The notes: a model not told the origin generated them from the letters alone. A stretch of DNA of 64,000 bases from an uncultured delta proteobacterium (GCA_963785725.1 CAWAWS010000014.1:64001-128000); one strand, 5' to 3'; counted from the stretch's first letter, positions 24,504 through 33,956 are shown. Numbers and translations are program-made.

Positions 24504-27089
24504 GTGGGCCACGTCGTCGGCATCGATCTCGGCACCACGAACTCGCTGTGCGCGTGCATGCGCGGCGAGCGGCCCGAGATCATCGTCAACGCGGCCGGGC
24601 AGCGGCTGACGCCGTCGGTGGTCGGGCTCGATCGCGCGGGCCGCTTGCACGTCGGCGAGTCGGCGCGGCATCAGCGGCTGGCGCTGCCGGAGCGGACGGC
24701 GGCCGAGTTCAAGCGGCTCATGGGCTCGACGACGAAGCTGCGGCTCGGCGACCGCGAATACTCGCCCGAGGAGCTGTCGGCGCTCGTGCTGCGGCAGCTC
24801 AAAGAGGACGCCGAGCGCCACTTGGGCGCGCCCGTCACCGAAGCCGTCATCACGGTGCCGGCCTACTTCACCGACGCGCAGCGCCGCGCGACGAAGGAGG
24901 CGGGCGAGCTGGCCGGCTTCGCCGTCGTCGAGCGCATCTTGAACGAGCCGACGGCGGCGGCGCTGGCCTACGGGCTCGATCACCTGGACGCCGAGCAGCT
25001 GGTCCTCGTCTACGACTTGGGCGGCGGCACGTTCGACGTCAGCGTGCTCGAGCTGTTCCAAGGCGTGCTCGACGTCAAGGCGGCGGCCGGGAACAACCAC
25101 CTCGGCGGCGGCGACTTCGATCGCCTCGTCGCCGAGTGGCTGGCGAGCGAGTTCGCGGCGGCGCACGGCGTCGACCTGCGCGGCGATCCGCTGGCGCTCC
25201 TGCGACTTCGCGTCGCCGCCGAGGAGGCGAAGCGCGAGCTGTCGACGCAGCTGTCGACGATCGTGCGCCTGCCGTTCGTGGCCGTGCGCGCGGGCGAGCC
25301 GCTGTCGCTGGAGCTGGAGCTGACGCGCGACCAGCTGGAGCAGCTCATCGGGCCGCTGGTGCGCTCGACGCTGCAGCCGCTGGCGCTGGCGCTGCGCGAC
25401 GCCAAGCTCGATCGCGGCCGCATCAGCGACATCGTGCTCGTCGGCGGCAGCGCGCGCATTCCGCTGGTGCGCCGGCTGCTCGGCGAATACTTCGGCAAGG
25501 AGCCGCGCGCGGGCGTGCATCCCGACGAAGCCATCGCGCTCGGCGCCGCCGTGCAAGCGGGCTTGAAAGCGGGCGCGACGTCGTCTGCCATCTCGGGCGC
25601 GCGCGGCATCATGATCACCGACGTCAGCCCGTTCACGCTCGGCGTCGAGGTCTCGTCGAGCCGCGCCGGCGGCATCTTCTCGCCCATTATCCCGCGCAAC
25701 TCGACGGTGCCGATCGCACGCACCGAGGTCTATTCGACGACCGCCGCCGACCAGCGCGTCGTCGACATCAAGGTCTACCAAGGCGAAGCGCGGCTGACGC
25801 GTGACAACACCTTGCTCGCCAGCTACAGCATCGACGGCATTCCGCCCGCGCCGGCTGGTCACGAGAAGGTCGCCATCACCTTCACCTACGACTTGAACGG
25901 CATCTTGAACGTGCGCACCAAGATCGTGTCGACGGGCAAAGAGGCGCAGCTCGTCGTCCTCGAGCCGGCGCGCGCGATGACGCAGGCGATGGCGCGGCAG
26001 CGGCTGGAGCGCGAGTGGGCGCCGAGCGACCGGGAGGCGGCGCTGCTCGAGGTGGTGCGTCGTCCCCGCCACTTCGACGCGCATTATCGGCTGGCCGAGG
26101 CGCACTTCGCGGCCGGCGACGACGCGGCGGCAATCGCAGCCGTGACGACGGCGCTGGCGCTCGGCGGCGACGGCGACGGCAACGCGCGGCGGCTCCTGGC
26201 GCGCGCCTACGATCGCGCCGGTCGCGCCGACGACGCCGAGCGCACGCTGCGCCAGCTCGTCGCCGGCGCGCCCGAAGACGCGGCGGCGCGCGACGACTTG
26301 GCGACGCACTTCGTGACCCGCGGCCGGCTCGACGACGCGCTGGTGCAGTTGGAAGAGGCGGCGCGGCTGGCGCCTGGCGACCCGCGCTGGCGGCGCCAGC
26401 TCGCCGAGCTCTACCGTCGCCAGCGTCTGCTGCCGCAAGCGCGCGCGGCGCTGGCCGCGGCGTTGACGTTGGCGCCCGACGACGCCGCCGTCGCGGCCGA
26501 GCTGCGCGCGTTCGTGCGCGAGGGCGCGGCCGACCCGACCGACGTCGCGCCGGCAATCGGCAAGCTGGGCGTGCTCGGCTGGAGCGCGGTCGGCGGCGCC
26601 GTGTCGCCGCTCGAAGCCGTAGCCGTCGCCGGTCGCGGCCAGCTCGTGTGCAGCGGCAACTTGGGCGCGCTCGGTCGCGAAGCGGCGATGGTGGCGTTCT
26701 CGTGCTTGAAGCTGCTGGCGTCGACGTGGCAGCTGGACGCGCGCATCGCCACGCATGACCTGCACTTGCACTTCGGCGACAGCGACATCGGCAAAGATGG
26801 TCCGTCGGCGGGCTTGGCGCTGTGGTTGGCGGCGGCGTCGGCGCTCATGCAGCGGCCGCTGCGGGCGCAGCTGGCGGCGACGGGCGAGCTGACGCTGCAC
26901 GGCGACGTCAAAGCGGTCGGCGGCGTGCACGAAAAGCTGGTCGCGGCGCGGCTGGCGGGTGTGCGCACGGTGCTGATGCCGCGGCGCAACGCCAACGCGC
27001 TCGGGAAGCTGCCGGCGGAAGTGACGGCCAAGCTCCAGATCGTGCTCGTCGACTCGGTCACGGAGGCGCTGGCGCACGCGCTGGCGTGA
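24504..27089 (+). CDS. Hsp70 (HscC/DnaK-like NBD + SBD-beta) fused to TPR repeats and a Lon (S16) protease domain
   Basis: GIDLGTTNS, TVPAYF, NEPTAAALAYG, DLGGGTFDVS, VGGSARIP, YQGE, FTYDLNGIL; about 4 TPRs; HDLHLH...KDGPSAG...TGELTL.G.V..VGG..EKL. SD GAGGAG upstream. Confidence 0.93.
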   Translation: MGHVVGIDLGTTNSLCACMRGERPEIIVNAAGQRLTPSVVGLDRAGRLHVGESARHQRLALPERTAAEFKRLMGSTTKLRLGDREYSPEELSALVLRQLKEDAERHLGAPVTEAVITVPAYFTDAQRRATKEAGELAGFAVVERILNEPTAAALAYGLDHLDAEQLVLVYDLGGGTFDVSVLELFQGVLDVKAAAGNNHLGGGDFDRLVAEWLASEFAAAHGVDLRGDPLALLRLRVAAEEAKRELSTQLSTIVRLPFVAVRAGEPLSLELELTRDQLEQLIGPLVRSTLQPLALALRDAKLDRGRISDIVLVGGSARIPLVRRLLGEYFGKEPRAGVHPDEAIALGAAVQAGLKAGATSSAISGARGIMITDVSPFTLGVEVSSSRAGGIFSPIIPRNSTVPIARTEVYSTTAADQRVVDIKVYQGEARLTRDNTLLASYSIDGIPPAPAGHEKVAITFTYDLNGILNVRTKIVSTGKEAQLVVLEPARAMTQAMARQRLEREWAPSDREAALLEVVRRPRHFDAHYRLAEAHFAAGDDAAAIAAVTTALALGGDGDGNARRLLARAYDRAGRADDAERTLRQLVAGAPEDAAARDDLATHFVTRGRLDDALVQLEEAARLAPGDPRWRRQLAELYRRQRLLPQARAALAAALTLAPDDAAVAAELRAFVREGAADPTDVAPAIGKLGVLGWSAVGGAVSPLEAVAVAGRGQLVCSGNLGALGREAAMVAFSCLKLLASTWQLDARIATHDLHLHFGDSDIGKDGPSAGLALWLAAASALMQRPLRAQLAATGELTLHGDVKAVGGVHEKLVAARLAGVRTVLMPRRNANALGKLPAEVTAKLQIVLVDSVTEALAHALA

Positions 27090-27101
27090 CGGCGCGACGC
27101 G

Positions 27102-29438
27102 ATGGCCGATCCGACGAGCTTCTACCAGATCTTGGGCGTGGCGCGCGACGCCGACGAGCGGGCGATCAAGACCGCCTACTTCACGCTGGTGCGCAAGCAT
27201 CCGCCGGAGACGCACGCCGTCGAGTTTCAGCGGCTGCGCGAGGCCTACGAGATCTTGTCCAACCCCGAGTCGCGCGCCGAATACGACGCCGTGCCGCAAT
27301 ACGACGCGCATGGCGCGCACGTCGCGGCCAAGCTGCAGGCGGCGACCGAGGCCATCGACGGCGGCGACTGGCCGCGCGCGCAGGCCGAGCTGACCGCCGT
27401 GCTCGACGAGAAGCCCGATCTGCACTTCGCGCGCGATCTATTGGGCATGGCGTTCTTGAACGCGCATCGGCCGGCGGACGCGATGCGCGAGTTCGCCCGC
27501 TTGACCAGCGAGCAGCCACACCATGCCGCCTATCGGCTGCATCAGGGTTACGCGCACTACGCGCAGAATCAGTATCCGCCGGCGCTCGACTGTTATCGCC
27601 AAGCGAGCGCGCTCGATCCGAGCGACGCGCGCGCGCTCGTCGCCAGCGCCGACTGTCTGGTGGCGCTCAAGCAGTACGAGCCGGCGCTGGCGGAGCTCGA
27701 TCGCGCCATCGCGCTCGATGTCACCGTCGATCTGCAGGACTTCGTGTTCCTCATGCGGCGCGTGCAGATTCAGCTCCTGCGCGGCCGCACCGACTTGGCC
27801 GACGCCGAGCTCGACCGCATCGCCGGCGCGCTGCCCGACGACGCCGAGACGCGGAAGTATGTCGCCACGCGGCTGGCCTCGCTGGCGTCGGATCTGTTCG
27901 CGCTCAAGCGCTCCGCCGACGCCAATCGCCTGCTGGCGCGCTGTCGGACGCTCGATCCGTCGCGTAAATCGATGGCCTACACGTTTCCGGCGCGCACGCG
28001 GCTCGGCATCGCGGCGCTGCCGCCGTCGTCGCGCGATTGGCTCGCCGAGCAGGCGCACACGCGGTCGCGCGGCCTATTGCGACAGAATGCCAAGGTCGCG
28101 CCGATCGTCTGGCTCGTCGTCGCGCTCGGGCTGCAGCTGCTGGCGCTGTCGTCGGCGTTCGACGGCGGCGAAGTGTGGAGCTGGCCGCGCAGCCTGGCGA
28201 TGCTGGCGCTGTTGCTGACGGCGCCGCTCGTGCTCGCGTGGTCGATCCGCCGGCTCGTGCACGTCATGCGCAGTCCTTACGGGCGCTATACGATCGTGCA
28301 TCCCTGTCACGTGCTGCAGGTCGACATCGACGACGTCACCGTGTGGCCGCTGGTGAATCTGCACGACGTGGCGCTGACCCATCAGACGTCGAACGGCAGC
28401 TATTCGCACACGCTTTGTAAGCTGAATTTCGCAGGCGCCAGCTGTCAGATCGTCGTGCGCGGGCAACAGCAGGCGATCGATTGGGCCGATGTCGTGCTCG
28501 AGCAGCGCCGCAAAGTGCTCGACCTGCTCGGCATGGGCCTGTTGGAAGCGGAGGAGGGGTTCGACATCGTGCCGCCGGCGCTGCTGCAGCCGTCGCCGCC
28601 GCACGCGTCGTCGCGGCCGGCCGGGCGTGAAGCCGCGCTCGCGTATGCGCTCGCCGTCGTCCTCGGCGCGGCGACGTTCGCGCTGGCGCTGAAGGTCAAC
28701 GGCGGCGCGCCCGAGCGGCAGGCGTGGCGCACCGTCGCCGACAGCGGCAACGCGGCGCGGCTGCGCGGCTACCTCGAGGCCTATCCCGACGGGCCGCACG
28801 GCGACGCGGCGCGCGCGGCGCTGCGTGCGGTCTACGCGCGGACGATCGTTCGGCTGCGCGAGTCGGCGCCGGGCCGGACGACGCTCGGCGGCGCGCTCGT
28901 CGCGGCGCTGGAGACGCTGGCGCGGCACGAGGGCGCGCCGGTGCGGCTCGTCGTCACGCCGACGATCGCGCTCGCCGGCGCCACGCAGCCGGGGCTGGTC
29001 GCGCCGGCGGCGGCGTTCGGCGACGCGGCGCTGCGCAATCGCGCGCTCATGCTGCGCGGCCGGCTGCGCGCGCTCTTGGCGGAGGTCGTCGGGCCGGGCA
29101 CGATCGAGCTCGGCCACGATGACGGAGACGACCGCCAGGGCGCGCCGCTGACGTTCGCGCTCGACTATGGCGTGCGGCCGACGGACGCGCTCTATCACAC
29201 GAAGTCGGGGCTGCCGCGGAGCTTCTGCGGGCTCGAATTCGCGTTCACGCTGACGATGACGGACGATCGCGGACGCGAGATCTACCGCCTGCAGCAGACG
29301 TCGCGGCAGTCGGTTACGGATGTCACGCGGCTGCCGGCGGTCGCCGAGGACGATCTGCTCGTCTACGACCGCATGATGCAAGCGGCGTTCGTCGAGCTGC
29401 TCGATCGGCTGCGCGTCGAGCTGCAGCTCCCGCGCTGA
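27102..29438 (+). CDS. Membrane-anchored J-domain + TPR protein with variant J motif
   Basis: FYQILGV..DA....IK.AY..LVRKHPPE...FQRLREAYEILS.PESRAEYD, then TPRs, about 3 TM segments and a C-terminal extracytoplasmic domain. Confidence 0.87.
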   Translation: MADPTSFYQILGVARDADERAIKTAYFTLVRKHPPETHAVEFQRLREAYEILSNPESRAEYDAVPQYDAHGAHVAAKLQAATEAIDGGDWPRAQAELTAVLDEKPDLHFARDLLGMAFLNAHRPADAMREFARLTSEQPHHAAYRLHQGYAHYAQNQYPPALDCYRQASALDPSDARALVASADCLVALKQYEPALAELDRAIALDVTVDLQDFVFLMRRVQIQLLRGRTDLADAELDRIAGALPDDAETRKYVATRLASLASDLFALKRSADANRLLARCRTLDPSRKSMAYTFPARTRLGIAALPPSSRDWLAEQAHTRSRGLLRQNAKVAPIVWLVVALGLQLLALSSAFDGGEVWSWPRSLAMLALLLTAPLVLAWSIRRLVHVMRSPYGRYTIVHPCHVLQVDIDDVTVWPLVNLHDVALTHQTSNGSYSHTLCKLNFAGASCQIVVRGQQQAIDWADVVLEQRRKVLDLLGMGLLEAEEGFDIVPPALLQPSPPHASSRPAGREAALAYALAVVLGAATFALALKVNGGAPERQAWRTVADSGNAARLRGYLEAYPDGPHGDAARAALRAVYARTIVRLRESAPGRTTLGGALVAALETLARHEGAPVRLVVTPTIALAGATQPGLVAPAAAFGDAALRNRALMLRGRLRALLAEVVGPGTIELGHDDGDDRQGAPLTFALDYGVRPTDALYHTKSGLPRSFCGLEFAFTLTMTDDRGREIYRLQQTSRQSVTDVTRLPAVAEDDLLVYDRMMQAAFVELLDRLRVELQLPR

Positions 29439-29450
29439 ACGAGCCGCCTT

Positions 29451-29627
29451 CTACTCGCGCGGCGTCGCGAACTTGAGCGTCGGCGGGGATTGCGAGTCGA
29501 AGTTGGCTTCGATCGACTCGACCGAGATCACCGTCGTGCCTTCGCACTGCGGGCAATCCTCGATCCCATCCGTCGTCGCGGGCCGGGGCGGCTCGAACAG
29601 GAAGCGGCATTTCGTGCATCGCTCCAT
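29451..29627 (-). CDS. Small zinc-ribbon protein (58 aa)
   Basis: MERCTKC...DCPQC. It is the 3' end of the spurious 29451..30407 ORF; ATG at 29627. Confidence 0.6.
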   Translation of the reverse strand: MERCTKCRFLFEPPRPATTDGIEDCPQCEGTTVISVESIEANFDSQSPPTLKFATPRE

Positions 29628-29695
29628 AGTGACGAAATAGACACGAGGAGCATCGCGACAAGGCGCCGATGTAAGTGTGACGAAGCGGGGAATGC

Positions 29696-30871
29696 CTAGG
29701 CGTCGGCGCGGGCGAGGGCTTGCTGCAGGTCGCCGATGAGATCGTCGACGTGCTCGATGCCGACGCTGATGCGCACGAGGCCGTCGCTGATGCCGAGCTT
29801 CTGGCGGTTCGCGGGCGGGATCGACGCGTGCGTCATGATCGCCGGATGCTCGATGAGCGACTCGACGCCGCCCAGCGACTCGGCGCAGGCGAAGATCTGC
29901 GTCGAGCGCAGCATCGTGCGCGCGCGCTCGAGCGCCGACTGCTTGCCGTCCTTGAGCACGAACGTGATCATGCCGCCGGGGCCGCGCATCTGCTTCTGCG
30001 CCAGCGCGAACTGCGGATGCGACTCGAGGCCGGGATAGATGATCTTGGCCACCGCCTCGTGGCCCTGCAGCCAATTGGCGACCTTCTGCGCGTTGGCGAC
30101 GTGACGTTCCATGCGCACGTGCAGCGTCTTGGTACCGCGCAGTACCATGAAGCAGTCCATCGGCCCGGGCACGGCGCCGATGGCGTTCTGCAGGAACGAC
30201 AGGCGCTCGTAGACTTCGTCGTCGCGCGTGAGCACGGCGCCGCCGACGACATCGGCGTGGCCGTTCAGATATTTCGTCGTCGAGTGCACGACCATGGTCG
30301 CGCCCAGATCCAACGGACGCTGCAGCATCGGCGTCAGGAACGTGTTGTCGACGGCCAGCCAGACTTTGTGCTTCTTGCAGACTTCGGCGACGGCGGCGAT
30401 GTCGCACAGCTTCAACAGCGGATTCGTCGGCGTCTCGACCCAGACGAGCTTCGTCGTCGGCCGCATCGCCTGCGCGAAGGCGTTGGGATCGGTCGGGTCG
30501 ACGTAGCTGACCTCGATGCCCATCTGCTTCATGACGCGCTCGAAGATGCGATACGTGCCGCCGTACAAATCGTCACCGGCGACGACGTGATCGCCGGCGC
30601 GCAGCATGTGGAAGATGGTGGTCGTCGCGGCGCAGCCCGAGGAAAAGGCGAGGCCGTAGCGCGCGCCTTCGAGCGCGGCCAGGTTGCCTTCGAGCGCCTG
30701 GCGCGTCGGGTTTTGCGTGCGCGAGTATTCGTAGCCTTTGTGCTCGCCGGGACCGGCCTGCACGTAGGTCGACGTCATGTAAACCGGCGTCGAGATCGCG
30801 CCCGTCGTCGGATCGGGCGCCTGACCGGCGTGGATGGCGAGCGTCTCTAAGTGCGTCGACTTGGTGTTCAT
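29696..30871 (-). CDS. Cystathionine gamma-lyase/synthase (Cys/Met metabolism PLP enzyme)
   Basis: YEYSRTQNPT, ETPTNP, DNTF, HSTTKYLNGH (PLP Lys), AESLGGVESL. Confidence 0.93.
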   Translation of the reverse strand: MNTKSTHLETLAIHAGQAPDPTTGAISTPVYMTSTYVQAGPGEHKGYEYSRTQNPTRQALEGNLAALEGARYGLAFSSGCAATTTIFHMLRAGDHVVAGDDLYGGTYRIFERVMKQMGIEVSYVDPTDPNAFAQAMRPTTKLVWVETPTNPLLKLCDIAAVAEVCKKHKVWLAVDNTFLTPMLQRPLDLGATMVVHSTTKYLNGHADVVGGAVLTRDDEVYERLSFLQNAIGAVPGPMDCFMVLRGTKTLHVRMERHVANAQKVANWLQGHEAVAKIIYPGLESHPQFALAQKQMRGPGGMITFVLKDGKQSALERARTMLRSTQIFACAESLGGVESLIEHPAIMTHASIPPANRQKLGISDGLVRISVGIEHVDDLIGDLQQALARADA

Positions 30872-30886
30872 CGCTGATTCCTAGTG

Positions 30887-32290
30887 TTAGGCGCGCTTCG
30901 ACGCCAGGTATTCGATCAGATCGATCTTCGTGATGACGCCGACCATCTCGTCGCGCTCGAGCACGCAGACCAGCTTGGCGTCGTTGAAGATGTTGCGCAG
31001 CAAGCGAATCTTCGTCTGCGGTGTGACGGTCGCGTAGTCGGCTTCGACCAATTCGTCGACGGGCACATCCATCGAGCCCGGGTTCTTCAGCAGATAATTC
31101 AGCAGATCGATCTCGCTGACGAGGCCGGCCAAGCGACCGTTGTCGTCGAGCACCGGGACTTGCGAGATGCCGTGCTCTTTCATGAGCACGATGACCTGGC
31201 GCAGCGTGTCGCCGCGCTTGGCGCCGATGATGGCGCGCTGGCGCTGCTTGTGCGCGAGCAGATCGCGGACGGTGCCGAGCGGATCTTCCTCGTCGAGGAA
31301 GCCGTTGGAGCGCATCCACTCGTCGTCGAAGATCTTCGACAGGTACTTCTGCGCCGAGTCGGGCAAAAGGACGACGATGTTCTTCTTCTCGTCGCCGAGC
31401 TGCTCGGCGTATTTGATGGCGCCGGCGACGGCGGCGCCCGACGAGCCGCCGCAGAAGATGCCTTCTTGGCGCACGATCTCGCGCGTCATCAAGAAGCACT
31501 CTTTGTCATCGACGCGCATGATGCTGTCGACGATGCCGAGGTTCATCGTGCCGGGCAAAAAGTCCTCGCCGATGCCTTCGACGTAGTACGAGAACGGCTT
31601 CGTCATGCGGCCGGTCTTGACGTACTCGTAATAGAGCGAGCCGATGGGATCGATGCCGACGCACTGAAAGCCGGGCTTCTTCTCCTTGAAGAACTTGCCG
31701 CAGCCGGAGATGGTGCCGCCGGTGCCCATGCCGGCGACGAAGACGTCGATCTCGCCGCCGGTCTGCTCCCACATCTCCGGCGCGGTCGAGACGTAGTGCG
31801 CCTCGGGATTGGCCGGGTTGTAATATTGGTTCGAGTGGAAGCTGTTGGGCGTCTCTTTGACGAGGCGCTTGGTGACTTCGTAGTAGCTGCGCGGATCTTC
31901 GGGCTCGACGGCGGTCGGGCAGATGACGACCTTGGCGCCGAACGCGCGCAACGACGCGATCTTCTCGACCGACATCTTGTCGGGCATGACGAAGATGCAC
32001 TTGTAGCCGCGGATGGCCGCGACGAGCGCGAGGCCGGCGCCGGTGTTGCCGGACGTCGCTTCGATGATCGTCGAGCCGGGGCTGAGCAGCCCGCGGCGTT
32101 CGGCGTCGCGAATGATGTTCATCGCGACGCGGTCCTTCATCGAGCCGCCCGGATTCAGGTACTCGAGCTTGACGTAGATGTCGCTCTTGACGTGCGCGGC
32201 GACCTTGTTGAGCTTGACGATCGGCGTGTTGCCAATCGCGTCGAGGACGGTGGCGCGAGCACCCTTCATCATGGCGCTATCGGGTATCAC
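30887..32290 (-). CDS. cbs: Cystathionine beta-synthase with C-terminal CBS pair
   Basis: KLEYLNPGGSMKDR, EATSGNTG, GMGTGGT, EGIGEDF, GGSSG, then CBS domains (GISQVPV, GVITKIDL). Start GTG 32290 or ATG 32272. Confidence 0.92.
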   Translation of the reverse strand: MIPDSAMMKGARATVLDAIGNTPIVKLNKVAAHVKSDIYVKLEYLNPGGSMKDRVAMNIIRDAERRGLLSPGSTIIEATSGNTGAGLALVAAIRGYKCIFVMPDKMSVEKIASLRAFGAKVVICPTAVEPEDPRSYYEVTKRLVKETPNSFHSNQYYNPANPEAHYVSTAPEMWEQTGGEIDVFVAGMGTGGTISGCGKFFKEKKPGFQCVGIDPIGSLYYEYVKTGRMTKPFSYYVEGIGEDFLPGTMNLGIVDSIMRVDDKECFLMTREIVRQEGIFCGGSSGAAVAGAIKYAEQLGDEKKNIVVLLPDSAQKYLSKIFDDEWMRSNGFLDEEDPLGTVRDLLAHKQRQRAIIGAKRGDTLRQVIVLMKEHGISQVPVLDDNGRLAGLVSEIDLLNYLLKNPGSMDVPVDELVEADYATVTPQTKIRLLRNIFNDAKLVCVLERDEMVGVITKIDLIEYLASKRA

Positions 32291-32525
32291 GACAAGACGC
32301 TACACGGCAATGCCAAGCTCGTCGGTTACCTCGGCGTTACGCGGGAAAATCGCGACGCAGCGCGTGAGGCCGCGGTCACGCGCGTGACGAGCCGCGGCAA
32401 TCGCCGCCGGCGTGGGTGCGGCTAGGCTTCCGCTGCTTGGGGGCGCGCGTGGCTGCCGAGCGCGTACGGCCGGAATAAACCTCGCGCCGGCGTGGCCCGA
32501 TCCGCGGATGGCCGATTCCGGCGGA

Positions 32526-32566
32526 GCGACGCCGGGCGCACGCACCGCGTGCCCGCCCGGCGTCGC
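32526..32566. repeat. GC-rich inverted repeat / hairpin
   Basis: gcgacgccgggc-gcacgc-acc-gcgtgc-cc-gcccggcgtcgc, just downstream of the 32600 gene. Confidence 0.55.
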
Positions 32567-32599
32567 CGAGTGGGCTACCGCCCAGACCCGCCCGGCGCG

Positions 32600-33091
32600 C
32601 TAGATCTCTTCGTCAGGCTTGTCGCCGAACAGATGCGACATCGCCTTCTCCTCGATGACGTCCTGCATGCGCGCGCCGCCGTAGCGCGCGACGATGCGAT
32701 CGTCATACTCGTCCGCGACGAGCGCCACGTCGTGCACGGTCGCGATCAGCTCCTTCGGATCCATCGAATCGCCGCCCAAGATCGAATGCCCGAACATGAT
32801 GAGGCTGCCTTCGGGCACATAAGCGAACGAGCCGAACCGCAGCTGCCCGTTCAAGATCAAGAGCTGCCGAAACAGGGAGGGCTCGGGCTTGACGCCGGCG
32901 ACGACCTGCGCGACGACGCGGACGAGGGCGCGCTCGTTGACCTTGCCCTTATGCCCCGACGGCACGACGCTGATCATGACGTAGCTCGAGCCCTGCTTGA
33001 CCACGTACAAGTGGTCGTCGACCTTGCGGTAGGCCGGGCTCTTGCCGAGGATCTTCTCGATGTTGATGCAGCTCGCGTCGACGGCGTTCAT
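32600..33091 (-). CDS. YbjN / T3SS-chaperone-like protein
   Basis: YVVKQGS..V.I, LL.LNGQLRFGSF, HSILG..MD..EL...V..VA..ADEYDD...YGG pattern. Confidence 0.72.
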   Translation of the reverse strand: MNAVDASCINIEKILGKSPAYRKVDDHLYVVKQGSSYVMISVVPSGHKGKVNERALVRVVAQVVAGVKPEPSLFRQLLILNGQLRFGSFAYVPEGSLIMFGHSILGGDSMDPKELIATVHDVALVADEYDDRIVARYGGARMQDVIEEKAMSHLFGDKPDEEI

Positions 33092-33140
33092 GGCGGCGAC
33101 GCTAGCACGCGATCGTCGCCGCTGTCAGCAGGCGCGCCTT

Positions 33141-33905
33141 TTAGAACCCGCGCGCCGTCGGTGCCAGCGGCTCCGGCCGTGACAAGTCGCGAATGTCGCG
33201 GCTGGCGTGCACGAACGACGATGCGCCCGGCGCCCACAACGTCACGCCGACGATGAACGCGCTCGCGCCCAGCCAAACGCCGACGCCGCGCGTGGTGCCG
33301 TCGATGCCGTCGGCGCCGCCGTAATAGCCGGTCGCGATGATGCCGCCCAAGCTGAGCGCGCCGCCGATCGAGATGAGCACGATGGCGCGCGTCCGTCGCG
33401 CCCGCGCCTGCTCGAGCCGCACTTCGCGCGGCGGCCCTTGCGGTACCGGCATATACGGCGGCACGCCGTACCACTGCGGCGGTGGCGGCTGCTGCTGCAC
33501 GATGACGGGCGGCTGCTGCTGCCTCGGCGCCGGCGGCCGCTGCGGCAGATCCTGCTGCTTGCGATCGTTCTCCAACCGCGCGCGCAGCTGCGTCTGAAAC
33601 GCGCGATCGTCGTCATTCTGCGGCTGCCCGGCCATCTCGAAATACTTGTCGAAGGCCAGCGCCGCTTCCTGAAAGCGCCCCAGCCGCTCGTACGTGGCGC
33701 CGATGTTGTAATAGAGGTTCGGCGCCGGCAGGATCATGTTCGCGCGCTGATACGACGACAGCGCCGTCTCGTAATCGCCGCGCTCGAACGCCGCTTTGCC
33801 CTCGGAAAATGCGCGCTTCGCGTCATCGATCGGCGCCGCGGCGACGGGAACGGCGACAACGATCACGATCGCGGCGACGGCCCACGTAATTGAACGCACG
33901 GCCAA
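33141..33905 (-). CDS. Exported TPR protein with C-terminal hydrophobic segments
   Basis: Signal peptide, AKRAF.EG..AFERGDY..A, P.LYYNIG..YE.LG, Q/P-rich linker, 2 TM-like segments. Confidence 0.78.
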   Translation of the reverse strand: MAVRSITWAVAAIVIVVAVPVAAAPIDDAKRAFSEGKAAFERGDYETALSSYQRANMILPAPNLYYNIGATYERLGRFQEAALAFDKYFEMAGQPQNDDDRAFQTQLRARLENDRKQQDLPQRPPAPRQQQPPVIVQQQPPPPQWYGVPPYMPVPQGPPREVRLEQARARRTRAIVLISIGGALSLGGIIATGYYGGADGIDGTTRGVGVWLGASAFIVGVTLWAPGASSFVHASRDIRDLSRPEPLAPTARGF

Positions 33906-33956
33906 GAGTTAACCGCGATTGATCTAACGGCGGCAAGAGGTGAAAATGGCAGAGCG

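Noticed and set aside
23109..27425. 1438-aa minus-strand ORF, and similar long antisense ORFs (6853..9150, 52892..54577, 97..1791)
   Set aside because: Shadow frames of real genes in high-GC DNA; Arg/Ala-rich with no motifs.
32291..32599. SAM or other riboswitch upstream of CBS
   Set aside because: I could not identify SAM-I, SAM-II or SAH core motifs, and a -10 element lies 6 nt from the start codon, leaving no leader.
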